Shown here one piece after another: positions 1-15,000 of a stretch of 64,000 nucleotides of DNA. The DNA comes from Eledone cirrhosa (Eukaryota), in assembly GCA_964016885.1 (NCBI GenBank), contig OZ024748.1, forward strand, positions 41,788,001 through 41,852,000, written 5' to 3'. The translations under genes and the position numbers were made by a program. Position 1 is the stretch's first letter. Each line of letters opens with the position of its first letter. The notes under the pieces were generated by a model. It worked only from the letters and a program-made list of their open reading frames with translations, was not told the origin of the DNA and did not search any database.

Positions 1-3000
1 CAATTATAAACAGGTGGGGTGAATCTCAGGTGAGCAGAAACAGACAGACAGACCTGAGAGAATCTAGGACAATTATAGACAGGTGAGGGGAATGTCAGGT
101 GTGCAGAGACAGACAGACAGATGTGAGAGAGACACTAGGACAATTATAGACAGGTGGGAGGAATATCAGGTGAGCAGAGACAGACAGACAGACGTGAGAG
201 AGACACTAGGACAATTATAGACAGGTGTGGAATGTCAGGTGTGCGAAGACAGACAGACAGACGTGAGAGAGACACTAGAACAATTATAGACAGGTGGGGG
301 GAATGTCAGGTGAGCAGAGACAGACAGACAGACGTGAGAGAGAAATTAGGATAATTATAGACAGGTGGGGGGAATGTCAGGTGAACAGACACAGACAGAC
401 AGACGTGAGAGAGACACTAGGACAATTATAGACAGGTGGGGGGAATGTACGTGAGCAGAGACAGACAGACGTGAGAGACAGACTAGGGCATTTATAGTCA
501 GGTGGGGAGAATGTCAGGTGAGCAGAGACAGACAGACATGAGGGAGACACTAGGACAATTATAGACAGGTGACGGGGAATCTCAGGTGAGCAGAGACAGA
601 CAGACGTGAGAGAGACACTAGGACAATTATAGACGGGTGAGGGGGAATGTCAGGTGAGCAGACACAGACAGACGTGAGAGAGACACTAGGACAATTATAG
701 ACAGGTGGGAGAAATGTCAGGTGAGCAGAGACAGACAGACAGACGTGAGAGAGACACTAGGACAATTATAGACAGGTAGAGGGAATGTCAGGTGAGCAGA
801 GACAGACAGACGTGAGAGAGACACTAGGACAATTATAGACAGGTGAGAGGGAATGTCAGGTGAGCAGAGACAGACAGAGAGACGTGGGAGACACTAGGAC
901 AATTAAAGACAAGTGGGGGGAAAGTCAGGTGAGCAGAGACAGACAGACGTGAGAGACAGACTAGGACAATTATAGACAGGTGGGGAGAATGTCAGGTGAG
1001 CAGAGACAGACAGACATGAGGGAGACACTAGGACAATTATAGACAGGTGACGGGGAATCTCAGGTGAGCAGAGACAGACAGACGTGAGAGAGACACTAGG
1101 ACCATTTTAGACAGGTGGGGGGAATGTCAGGTGAGCACAGTCAGACAGACGTGAGAGACAGACTAGGACATTTATAGACAGGTGGGGAGAATGTCAGGTG
1201 AGCAGAGACAGACAGACAGACGTGAGGGAGACACTAGGATAATTATAGACAGGTGAGGGGGAATGTCAGGTGATCAGACAGACACAGACAGATGTGAGAG
1301 AATCTAGGACAATTATAGACAGGTGAGGGGAATGTCAGGTGTGCAGAGACAGACAGACAGATGTGAGAGAGACACTAGGACAATTATAGACAGGTGGGAG
1401 GAATATCAGGTGAGCAGAGACAGACACACAGACGTGAGAGAGACACTAGGACAATTATAGACAGGTGGGGGGAATGTCAGGTGAGCAGAGACAGACAGAC
1501 ATGAGAGAGACACTAGGACAATTATAGACAGGTGGGGGAATGTCAGGTGAGCAGAGATAGACAGACAGACGTGAGAGAGAAACTAGGACAATTATAGACA
1601 GGTGGGGGAAATGTCAGGTGAACAGAGACAGACACACAGACGTGAGAGACAGACCAGGACAATTATAGACAGGTGAGGGGGAATGTCAGGTGAGCAGAGA
1701 CAGACAGACGTGAGAGAGACACTAGGACAATTATAGACAGGTGGGGGGAATGTCAGGTAAGCAGAGACAGACAGATGTGAGAGAGACACTAGGACAATTA
1801 TAGACAGGTGGGGGAAATGTCAGGTGAGCAGAGACAGACACACAGACGTGAGACAGACACTAGGACGATTATAGTCAGGTGGAGGGAATGTCAGGTGAGC
1901 AGTGGCAGACAGACAGACGTGAGAGAGACACTAGGCCAATTACAGACAGGTGGGGGGAATGTCAGGTGAACAGAGACAGACACACAGACGTGAGAGACAG
2001 ACCAGGACAATTATAGACAGGTGAGGGGGAATGTCAGGTGAGCAGAGACAGACAGACGTGAGAGAGACACTAGGACAATTATAGACAGGTGGGGGGAATG
2101 TCAGGTGAGCAGAGACAGACAGACGTGTCAACGACACTAGGACAATTATAGACAGGTGGGAGGAATATCAGGTGAGCAGAGACAGACACACAGACGTGAG
2201 AGAGACACTAGGACAATTATAGTCAGTGGAGGGAATGTCAGGTGAGCAGAGACACACAGACAGACGTGAGAGACAGACCAGGACAATTATAGACAGGTGA
2301 GGGGGAATATCAGATGAGCAGAGACAGACAGACGTGAGAGAGACACTAGGACAATTATAGACAGGTTGAGGTAATGTCAGGTGAGCAGAGACAGACACAC
2401 AGACGTGAGAGAGACACTAGGACAATTATAGACAGGTGGGGGGAATGTCAGGTGAACAGAGACAGACAGACGTGAGAGAGACACTAGGACAATTATAGAC
2501 AGGTGGGAGAATGTCAGGTGAGCAGAGACAGACAGACAGACATGAGAGAGACACTAGGCCAATTATAGACAGGTGGGAGGAATGTCAGGTGAGCAGAGAT
2601 AAACAGACAGACATGAGAGAGACACTAGGACAATTATACACAGGTGAGGGGAATGTCAGGTGAACAGAGACAGACAGACGTGAGAGAGACACTAGGACAA
2701 TTATAGACAGGTGGTGGAATGTCAGGTGAGCAGAGACAGACAGACAGACGTGAGAGAGAAACTAGGATAATTATAGACAGGTGGGGGAATGTCAGGTGAG
2801 CAGAGACAGACAGACGTGACAACGACACTAGGACAATTATTGACAGGTGGGAGGAATGTCAGGTGAGCAGAGACAGACAGACGTGAGGGAGACACTAGGA
2901 CAATTATAGACAGGTGGGAGGAATGTCAGGTGAGCAGAGACAGACAGACAGACGTGAGACAGACACTAGGACGATTATAGTCAGGTGGAGGGAATGTCAG

Positions 3001-6000
3001 GTGAGCAGTGGCAGACAGACAGACGTGAGAGAGACACTAGGACAATTATAGACAGGTGGGGGGAATGTCAGGTGAACAGAGACAGACACACAGACGGGAG
3101 AGACAGACCAGGACAATTATAGACAGGTGAGGGGGAATGGCAGGTGAGCAGAGACAAACAGACGTGAGAGAGACACTAGGACAATTATAGACAGGTGGGG
3201 GGAATGTCAGGTGAGCAGAGACAGACAGACGTGACAACGACACTAGGACAATTATAGACAGGTGGGAGGAATGTCAGGTGAGCAGAGACAGACAGACAGA
3301 TGTGAGAGAGACACTAGGACAATTATAGACAGGTGGGGGAAATGTCAGGTGAGCAGAGACAGACACACAGACGTGAGAGAGACACTAGAACAATTATAGA
3401 CAGGTGAGGGGACTGTCAGGTGAGCAGACAGACAGACAGATGTGAGAGAGAGACAAGGACAATTATAGACAGGTGAGGGGGAATGTCAGGTGAGCAGAGA
3501 CAGACAGACATGAGAGAGACACTAGGACAATTATAGACAGGTGAGGGGGAATGTCAGGTGAGCAGAGACAGACAGACGTGAGAGAGACACTAGGACAATT
3601 ATAGACAGGTGGGGGGAATGTCAGGTGAGCAGAGACAGACAGATGGACGTGAGAGAGAAACTAGGATAATAATAGACAGGTGGGGGGAATGTCAGGTGAG
3701 CAGACGCAGACAGACAGACGTGAGAGAGACACTAGGACAATTATAGTCAGTGGAGGGAATGTCAGGTGAGCAGAGACACACAGACAGACGTGAGAGACAG
3801 ACCAGGACAATTATAGACAGGTGAGGGGGAATATCAGATGAGCAGAGACAGACAGACGTGAGAGAGACACTAGGACAGTTATAGACAGGTTGAGGTAATG
3901 TCAGGTGAGCAGAGACAGACACACAGACGTGAGAGAGACACTAGGACAATTATAGACAGGTGGGGGGAATGTCAGGTGAACAGTGACAGACAGACAGACG
4001 TGAGAGACAGACCAGGACAATTATAGTCAGGTGGGGGGAATGTCAGGTGAGCATAGACAGACAGACATGAGGGAGATACTAGGATAATTATAGACAGGTG
4101 AGGGGGATTGTCAGGTAAGCAGAGACAGACAGACGTGAGAGAGACACTAGGACAATTATAGACAGGTCAGAGGAAATGTCAGGTGAGCAGAGACAGACAG
4201 ACAGACGTGAGAGAGACGCTAGAATAATTATAGACAGGTGGGAGGAATGTCAGGTGAGCAGAGACAGACAGACGTGAGAGAGACACTAGGACAATTATAG
4301 ACAGGTGGGGGAAATGTCAGGTGAGCAGAGACAGACAGACAGATGTGAGAGACACTAGGACAATTAAAGACAAGTGTGGGGAATGTCAGGTGAGCAGAGA
4401 CAGACAGATGTGAGAGAGACACTAGGACAATTTTAGACAGGTGGGGGGAATGTACGTGAGCAGAGACAGACAGACGTGAGAGACAGACTAGGACATTTAT
4501 AGACAGGTGGGGAGAATGTCAGGTGAGCAGAGACAGACAGACATGAGGGAGACACTAGGACAATTATAGACAGGTGACGGGGAATCTCAGGTGAGCAGAG
4601 ACAGACAGACGTGAGAGAGACACTAGGACAATTATAGACAGGTGGGGTGAATCTCAGGTGAGCAGAAACAGACAGACAGACCTGAGAGAATCTAGGACAA
4701 TTATAGACAGGTGAGGGGAATGTCAGGTGTGCAGAGACAGACAGACAGATGTGAGAGAGACACTAGGACAATTATAGAGAGGTGGGGAATGTCAGGTGTG
4801 CGAAGACAGACAGACAGACGTGAGAGAGATACTAGGACAATTATAGACAGGTGGGGGGAATGTCAGGTGAGCAGAGACAGACAGACAGACGTGAGAGAGA
4901 AACTAGGATAATTATAGACAGGTGGGGGGAATGTCAGGTGAGCAGACACAGAGACAGACATGAGGGAGACACTAGGACAATTATAGTCAGTGGAGGGAAT
5001 GTCAGGTGAGCAGAGACACACAGACAGACGTGAGAGACAGACCAGGACAATTATAGACAGGTGAGGGGGAATATCAGATGAGCAGAGACAGACAGACGTG
5101 AGAGAGACACTAGGACAATTATAGACAGGTGAAGGCGAAAGACAGGTGAGCAGAGACAGACAGACAGACATGAGAGAGACACTAGGACAATTATAGACAG
5201 GTGAGAGGGAATGTCAGGTGAGCAGAGACAGACAGCCAGACGTGAGAGAGACACTAGGACAATTATAGACAGGTAGAGGGAATGTCAGGTGAGCAGAGAC
5301 AGACAGACGTGAGAGAGACACTAGGACAATTATAGACAGGTCAGAGGAAATGTCAGGTGAGCAGAGACAGACAGACAGACGTGAGAGAGACACTAGAATA
5401 ATTATAGACAGGTGGGAGGAATGTCAGGTGAGCAGAGAGAGACAGACGTGAGAGAGACACTAGGAAAATTATAGACAGGTGGGGGGAATGTCAGGTGAGC
5501 AGAGACAGACAGACAGATGTGAGAGACACTAGGACAATTAAAGACAAGTGTGGGGAATGTCAGGTGAGCAGAGACAGAGAGACAGACGTGAGAGAGACAC
5601 TAGGACAATTTTAGACAGGTGGGGGGAATGTACGTGAGCAGAGACAGACTGACGTGACAGACAGACTAGGACATTTATAGACAGGTGGGGAGAATGTCAG
5701 GTGAGCAGAGACAGACAGACATGAGGGAGACACTAGGACAATTATAGACAGGTGACGGGGAATCTCAGGTGAGCAGAGACAGACAGACATGAGGGAGACA
5801 CTAGGACAATTATAGACAGGTGACGGGGAATCTCAGGTGAGCAGAGACAGACAGACGTGAGAGAGACACTAGGACAATTATAGACAGATGGGGAGAATCT
5901 CAGGTGAGCAGAAACAGACAGACAGACCTGAGAGAATCTAGGACAATTATAGACAGGTGAGGGGAATGTCAGGTGTGCAGAGACAGACAGACAGATGTGA

Positions 6001-9000
6001 GAGAGACACTAGGACAATTATAGACAGGTGGGAGGAATATCAGGTGAGCAGAGACAGACGTGAGAGAGACACTAGGACAATTATAGACAGGTGGGGAATG
6101 TCAGGTGTGCGAAGACAGACAGACAGACGTGAGAGAGACACTAGGATAATTATAGACAGGTGGGGGGAATGTCAGGTGAGCAGAGACAGACAGATGTACG
6201 TGAGAGAGAAACTAGGATAATAATAGACAGGTGGGGGGAATGTCAGGTGAGCAGACGCAGACAGACAGACGTGAGAGAGACACTAGGACAATTATAGTCA
6301 GTGGAGGGAATGTCAGGTGAGCAGAGACACACAGACAGACGTGAGAGACAGACCAGGACAATTATAGACAGGTGAGGGGGAATATCAGATGAGCAGAGAC
6401 AGACAGACGTGAGAGAGACACTAGGACAATTATAGACAGGTCAGAGGAAATGTCAGGTGAGCAGAGACAGACAGACAGACGTGAGAGAGACGCTAGAATA
6501 ATTATAGACAGGTGGGAGGAATGTCAGGTGAGCAGAGACAGACAGACGTGAGAGAGACACTAGGACAATTATAGACAGGTGGGGGAAATGTCAGGTGAGC
6601 AGAGACAGACAGACAGATGTGAGAGACACTAGGACAATTAAAGACAAGTGTGGGGAATGTCAGGTGAGCAGAGACAGACAGACGTGAGAGAGACACTAGG
6701 ACAATTTTAGACAGGTGGGGGGAATGTACGTGAGCAGAGACAGACAGACGTGAGAGACAGACTAGGACATTTATAGACAGGTGGGGAGAATGTCAGGTGA
6801 GCAGAGACAGACAGACATGAGGGAGACACTAGGACAATTATAGACAGGTGACGGGGAATCTCAGGTGAGCAGAGACAGACAGACGTGAGAGAGACACTAG
6901 GGCAATTATAGACAGGTGGGGTGAATCTCAGGTGAGCAGAAACAGACAGACAGACCTGAGAGAATCTAGGACAATTATAGACAGGTGAGGGGAATGTCAG
7001 GTGTGCAGAGACAGACAGACAGATGTGAGAGAGACACTAGGACAATTATAGAGAGGTGGGGAATGTCAGGTGTGCGAAGACAGACAGACAGACGTGAGAG
7101 AGATACTAGGACAATTATAGACAGGTGGGGGGAATGTCAGGTGAGCAGAGACAGACAGACAGACGTGAGAGAGAAACTAGGATAATTATAGACAGGTGGG
7201 GGGAATGTCAGGTGAGCAGACACAGACAGACAGACATGAGGGAGACACTAGGACAATTATAGTCAGTGGAGGGAATGTCAGGTGAGCAGAGACACACAGA
7301 CAGACGTGAGAGACAGACCAGGACAATTATAGACAGGTGAGGGGGAATATCAGATGAGCAGAGACAGACAGACGTGAGAGAGACACTAGGACAATAATAG
7401 ACAGGTGAAGGCGAAAGACAGGTGAGCAGAGACAGACAGACAGACATGAGAGAGACACTAGGACAATTATAGACAGGTGAGAGGGAATGTCAGGTGAGCA
7501 GAGACAGACAGCCAGACGTGAGAGAGACACTAGGACAATTATAGACAGGTAGAGGGAATGTCAGGTGAGCAGAGACAGACAGACGTGAGAGAGACACTAG
7601 GACAATTATAGACAGGTCAGAGGAAATGTCAGGTGAGCAGAGACAGACAGACAGACGTGAGAGAGACACTAGAATAATTATAGACAGGTGGGAGGAATGT
7701 CAGGTGAGCAGAGAGAGACAGACGTGAGAGAGACACTAGGAAAATTATAGACAGGTGGGGGGAATGTCAGGTGAGCAGAGACAGACAGACAGATGTGAGA
7801 GACACTAGGACAATTAAAGACAAGTGTGGGGAATGTCAGGTGAGCAGAGACAGAGAGACAGACGTGAGAGAGACACTAGGACAATTTTAGACAGGTGGGG
7901 GGAATGTACGTGAGCAGAGACAGACTGACGTGACAGACAGACTAGGACATTTATAGACAGGTGGGGAGAATGTCAGTTGAGCAGAGACAGACAGACATGA
8001 GGGAGACACTAGGACAATTATAGACAGGTGACGGGGAATCTCAGGTGAGCAGAGACAGACAGACATGAGGGAGACACTAGGACAATTATAGACAGGTGAC
8101 GGGGAATCTCAGGTGAGCAGAGACAGACAGACGTGAGAGAGACACTAGGACAATTATAGACAGATGGGGAGAATCTCAGGTGAGCAGAAACAGACAGACA
8201 GACCTGAGAGAATCTAGGACAATTATAGACAGGTGAGGGGAATGTCAGGTGTGCAGAGACAGACAGACAGATGTGAGAGAGACACTAGGACAATTATAGA
8301 CAGGTGGGAGGAATATCAGGTGAGCAGAGACAGACGTGAGAGAGACACTAGGACAATTATAGACAGGTGGGGAATGTCAGGTGTGCGAAGACAGACAGAC
8401 AGACGTGAGAGAGACACTAGGATAATTATAGACAGGTGGGGGGAATGTCAGGTGAGCAGAGACAGACAGATGTACGTGAGAGAGAAACTAGGATAATAAT
8501 AGACAGGTGGGGGGAATGTCAGGTGAGCAGACGCAGACAGACAGACGTGATAGAGACACTAGGACAATTATAGTCAGTGGAGGGAATGTCAGGTGAGCAG
8601 AGACACACAGACAGACGTGAGAGACAGACCAGGACAATTATAGACAGGTGAGGGGGAATATCAGATGAGCAGAGACAGACAGACGTGAGAGAGACACTAG
8701 GACAATTATAGACAGGTTGAGGTAATGTCAGGTGAGCAGAGACAGACACACAGACGTGAGAGAGACACTAGGACAATTATAGACAGGTGGGGGGAATGTC
8801 AGGTGAACAGAGACAGACAGACGTGAGAGAGACACTAGGACAATTATAGACAGGTGAGGGGAAATGTCAGGTGAGCAGAGACAGACAGACGTGAGAGAGA
8901 CACTAGGACAATTATAGACAGGTGGGAGAATGTCAGGTGAGCAGAGACAGACAGACAGACATGAGAGAGACACTAGGCCAATTATAGACAGGTGGGAGGA

Positions 9001-12000
9001 ATGTCAGGTGAGCAGAGATAAACAGACAGACATGAGAGAGACACTAGGACAATTATAGACAGGTGAGGGGAATGTCAGGTGAACAGAGACAGACAGACGT
9101 GAGAGAGACACTAGGACAATTATAGACAGGTGGTGGAATGTCAGGTGAGCAGAGACAGACAGACAGACGTGAAAGAGAAACTAGGATAATTATAGACAGG
9201 TGGGGGAATGTCAGGTGAGCAGAGACAGACAGACGTGACAACGACACTAGGACAATTATAGACAGGTGGGAGGAATGTCAGGTGAGCAGAGACAGACAGA
9301 CAGATGTGAGACAGACACTAGGACGATTATAGTCAGGTGGAGGGAATGTCAGGTGAGCAGTGGCAGACAGACAGACGTGAGAGAGACACTAGGACAATTA
9401 TAGACAGGTGGGGGAATGTCAGGTGAACAGAGACAGACACACAGACGTGAGAGACAGACCGGGACAATTATAGACAGGTGAGGGGGAATGTCAGGTGAGC
9501 AGAGACAGACAGACGTGAGAGAGACACTAGGACAATTATAGACAGGTGGGGGGAATGTCAGGTGAACAGAGACAGACACACAGACGTGAGAGACAGACCG
9601 GGACAATTATAGACAGGTGGGGGAAATGTCAGGTGAGCAGAGACAGACACACAGACGTGAGAGAGACACTAGAACAATTATAGACAGGTGAGGGGAATGT
9701 CAGGTGAGCAGAGACAGACAGACAGATGTGAGAGAGAGACAAGGACAATTATAGACACGTGAGGGGGAATGTCAGGTGAGCAGAGACAGACAGACATGAG
9801 AGAGACACTAGAACAATTATAGACAGGTGAGGGGGAATGTCAGGTAAGCAGAGACAGACAGACGTGAGAGAGACACTAGGACAATTATAGACAGGTGGGG
9901 GGAATGTCAGGTGAGCAGAGACAGACAGATGGACGTGAGAGAGAAACTAGGATAATAATAGACAGGTGGGGGGAATGTCAGGTGAGCAGACGCAGACAGA
10001 CAGACGTGAGAGAGACACTAGGACAATTATAGTCAGTGGAGGGAATGTCAGCTGAGCAGAGACACACAGAAGACGTGAGAGACAGACCAGGACAATTATA
10101 GACAGGTGAGGGGGAATATCAGATGAGCAGAGACAGACAGACGTGAGAGAGACACTAGGACAGTTATAGACAGGTTGAGGTAATGTCAGGTGAGCAGAGA
10201 CAGACACACAGACGTGAGAGAGACACTAGGACAATTATAGACAGATGGGGGGAATGTCAGGTGAACAGTGACAGACAGACAGACGTAAGAGACAGACCAG
10301 GACAATTATAGTCAGGTAGGGGGAATGTCAGGTGAGCAGAGACAGACAGACATGAGGGAGATACTAGGATAATTATAGACAGGTGAGGGGGATTGTCAGG
10401 TAAGCAGAGACAGACAGACGTGAGAGAGACACTAGGACAATTATAGACAGGTCAGAGGAAATGTCAGGTGAGCAGAGACAGACAGACAGACGTGAGAGAG
10501 ACGCTAGAATAATTATAGACAGGCGGGAGGAATGTCAGGTGAGCAGAGACAGACAGACGTGAGAGAGACACTAGGACAATTATAGACAGGTGGGGGAAAT
10601 GTCAGGTGAGCAGAGACAGACAGACAGATGTGAGAGACACTAGGACAATTAAAGACAAGTGTGGGGAATGTCAGGTGAGCAGAGACAGACAGACGTGAGA
10701 GAGACACTAGGACAATTTTAGACAGGTGGGGGGAATGTACGTGAGCAGAGACAGACAGACAGGAGAGACAGACTAGGACATTTATAGACAGGTGGGGAGA
10801 ATGTCAGGTGAGCAGAGACAGACAGACATGAGGGAGACACTAGGACAATTATAGACAGGTGACGGGGAATCTCAGGTGAGCAGAGACAGACAGACGTGAG
10901 AGAGACACTAGGACAATTATAGACAGGTGGGGTGAATCTCAGGTGAGCAGAAACAGACAGACAGACCTGAGAGAATCTAGGACAATTATAGACAGGTGAG
11001 GGGAATGTCAGGTGTGCAGAGACAGACAGACAGATGTGAGAGAGACACTAGGACAATTATAGAGAGATGGGGAATGTCAGGTGTGCGAAGACAGACAGAC
11101 AGACGTGAGAGAGACACTAGGACAAATATAGACAGGTGGGGGGAATGTCAGGTGAGCAGAGACAGACAGACAGACGTGAGAGAGAAACTAGGATAATTAT
11201 AGACAGGTGGGGGGAATGTCAGGTGAGCAGACACAGACAGACAGACATGAGAGAGACACTAGGACAATTATAGTCAGTGGAGGGAATGTCAGGTGAGCAA
11301 AGACACACAGACAGACGTGAGAGACAGACCAGGACAATTATAGACAGGTGAGGGGGAATATCAGATGAGCAGAGACAGACAGACGTGAGAGAGACACTAG
11401 GACAATTATAGACAGGTGAAGGGGAAAGACAGGTGAGCAGAGACAGACAGACAGACATGAGAGAGACACTAGGACAATTATAGACAGGTGAGAGGGAATG
11501 TCAGGTGAGCAGAGACAGACAGCCAGACGTGAGAGAGACACTAGGACAATTATAGACAGGTAGAGGGAATGTCAGGTGAGCAGAGACAGACAGACGTGAG
11601 AGAGACACTAGGACAATTATAGACAGGTCAGAGGAAATGTCAGGTGAGCAGAGACAGACAGACAGACGTGAGAGAGACACTAGAATAATTATAGACAGGT
11701 GGGAGGAATGTCAGGTGAGCAGAGAGAGACAGACGTGAGAGAGACACTAGGACAATTATAGACAGGTGGGGGGAATGTCAGGTGAGCAGAGACAGACAGA
11801 CAGATGTGAGAGACACTAGGACAATTAAAGACAAGTGTGGGGAATGTCAGGTGAGCAGAGACAGAGAGACAGACGTGAGAGAGACACTAGGACAATTTTA
11901 GACAGGTGGGGGGAATGTACGTGAGCAGAGACAGACAGACGTGACAGACAGACTAGGACATTTATAGACAGGTGGGGAGAATGTCAGGTGAGCAGAGACA

Positions 12001-15000
12001 GACAGACATGAGGGAGACACTAGGACAATTATAGACAGGTGACGGGGAATCTCAGGTGAGCAGAGACAGACAGACGTGAGAGAGACACTAGGACAATTAT
12101 AGACAGATGGGGAGAATCTCAGGTGAGCAGAAACAGACAGACAGACCTGAGAGAATCTAGGACAATTATAGACAGGTGAGGGGAATGTCAGGTGTGCAGA
12201 GACAGACAGACAGATGTGAGAGAGACACTAGGACAATTATAGACAGGTGGGAGGAATATCAGGTGAGCAGAGACAGACGTGAGAGAGACACTAGGACAAT
12301 TATAGACAGGTGGGGAATGTCAGGTGTGCGAAGACAGACAGACAGACGTGAGAGAGACACTAGGACAATTATAGACAGGTGGGGGGAATGTCAGGTGAGC
12401 AGAGACAGACAGATGGACGTGAGAGAGAAACTAGGATAATAATAGACAGGTGGGGGGAATGTCAAGTGAGCAGACGCAGACAGACAGACGAGAGAGAGAC
12501 ACTAGGACAATTATAGTCAGTGGAGGGAATGTCAGGTGAGCAGAGACACACAGACAGACGTGAGAGACAGACCAGGACAATTATAGACAGGTGAGGAGGA
12601 ATATCAGATGAGCAGAGACAGACAGACGTGAGAGAGACACTAGGACAATTATAGACAGGTTGAGGTAATGTCAGGTGAGCAGAGACAGACACACAGACGT
12701 GAGAGAGACACTAGGACAATTATAGACAGGTGGGGGAAATGTCAGGTGAACAGTGACAGACAGACAGACGTGAGAGACAGACCAGGACAATTATAGTCAG
12801 GTGGGGGGAATGTCAGGTGAGCAGAGACAGACAGACATGAGGGAGATACTAGGATAATTATAGACAGGTGAGGGGGATTGTCAGGTAAGCAGAGACAGAC
12901 AGACGTGAGAGAGACACTAGGACAATTATAGACAGGTCAGAGGAAATGTCAGGTGAGCAGAGACAGACAGACAGACATGAGGGAGATACTAGGATAATTA
13001 TAGACAGGTGGGGAGAATGTCAGGTGAGCAGAGACAGACAGACATGAGGGAGACACTAGGACAATTATAGACAGGTGACGGGGAATCTCAGGTGAGCAGA
13101 GACAGACAGACGTGAGAGAGACACTAGGACAATTATAGACAGGTGGGGTGAATCTCAGGTGAGCAGAAACAGACAGACAGACCTGAGAGAATCTAGGACA
13201 ATTATAGACAGGTGAGGGGAATGTCAGGTGTGCAGAGACAGACAGACAGATGTGAGAGAGACACTAGGACAATTATAGAGAGGTGGGGAATGTCAGGTGT
13301 GCGAAGACAGACAGACAGACGTGAGAGAGACACTAGGACAATTATAGACAGGTGGGGGGAATGTCAGGTGAGCAGAGACAGACAGACAGACGTGAGAGAG
13401 AAACTAGGATAATTATAGACAGGTGGGGGGAATGTCAGGTGAGCAGAGACACACAGACAGACGTGAGAGACAGACCGGGACAATTATAGACAGGTGAGGG
13501 GGAATATCAGATGAGCAGAGACAGACAGACGTGAGAGAGACACTAGGACAATTATAGACAGGTGAAGGGGAAAGACAGGTGAGCAGAGACAGACAGACAT
13601 GAGAGAGACACTAGGACAATTATAGACAGGTGAGAGGGAATGTCAGGTGAGCAGAGACAGACAGCCAGACGTGAGAGAGACACTAGGACATTTATAGACA
13701 GGTAGAGGGAATGTCAGGTGAGCAGAGACACTAGGACAATTATAGACAGGTCAGAGGAAATGTCAGGTGAGCAGAGACAGACAGACAGACGTGAGAGAGA
13801 CACTAGATTATTATAGACAGGTGGGAGGAATGTCAGGTGAACAGAGAGAGACAGACGTGAGAGAGACACTAGGACAATTATAGACAGGTGGGGGGAATGT
13901 CATGTGAGCAGAGACAGACAGACAGATGTGAGAGACACTAGGACAATTAAAGACAAGTGTGGGGAATGTCAGGTGAGCAGAGACAGACAGACAGACGTGA
14001 GAGAGACACTAGGACAATTTTAGACAGGTGGGGGGAATGTACGTGAGCAGAGACAGACAGACGTGACAGACAGACTAGGACATTTATAGACAGGTGGGGA
14101 GAATGTCAGGTGAGCAGAGACAGACAGACATGAGGGAGACACTAGGACAATTATAGACAGGTGACGGGGAATCTCAGGTGAGCAGAGACAGACAGACATG
14201 AGGGAGACACTAGGACAATTATAGACAGGTGACGGGGAATCTCAGGTGAGCAGAGACAGACAGACGTGAGAGAGACACTAGGACAATTATAGACAGATGG
14301 GGAGAATCTCAGGTGAGCAGAAACAGACAGACAGACCTGAGAGAATCTAGGACAATTATAGACAGGTGAGGGGAATGTCAGGTGTGCAGAGACAGACAGA
14401 CAGATGTGAGAGAGACACTAGGACAATTATAGACAGGTGGGAGGAATATCAGGTGAGCAGAGACAGACATACAGACGTGAGAGAGACACTAGGACAATTA
14501 TAGACAGGTGGGGAATGTCAGGTGTGCGAAGACAGACAGACAGACGTGAGAGAGACACTAGGACAATTATAGACAGGTGGGGGGAATGTCAGGTGAGCAG
14601 AGACAGACAGACGGACGTGAGAGAGAAACTAGGATAATAATAGACAGGTGGGGGGAATGTCAGGTGAGCAGACGCAAACAGACAGACGTGAGAGAGACAC
14701 TAGGACAATTATAGTCAGTGGAGGGAATGTCAGGTGAGCAGAGACACACAGACAGACGTGAGAGAGAGACCAGGACAATTATAGACAGGTGAGGGGGAAT
14801 ATCAGATGAGCAGAGACAGACAGACGTGAGAGAGACACTAGGACAATTATAGACAGGTGGGGGGAATGTCAGGTGAACAGTGACAGACAGACAGACGTGA
14901 GAGACAGACCAGGACTAGTATAGACAGGTGGGGGGAATGTGAGGTGAGCAGAGACAGACAGACATGAGGGAGATACTAGGCCAATTATAGACAGGTGGGA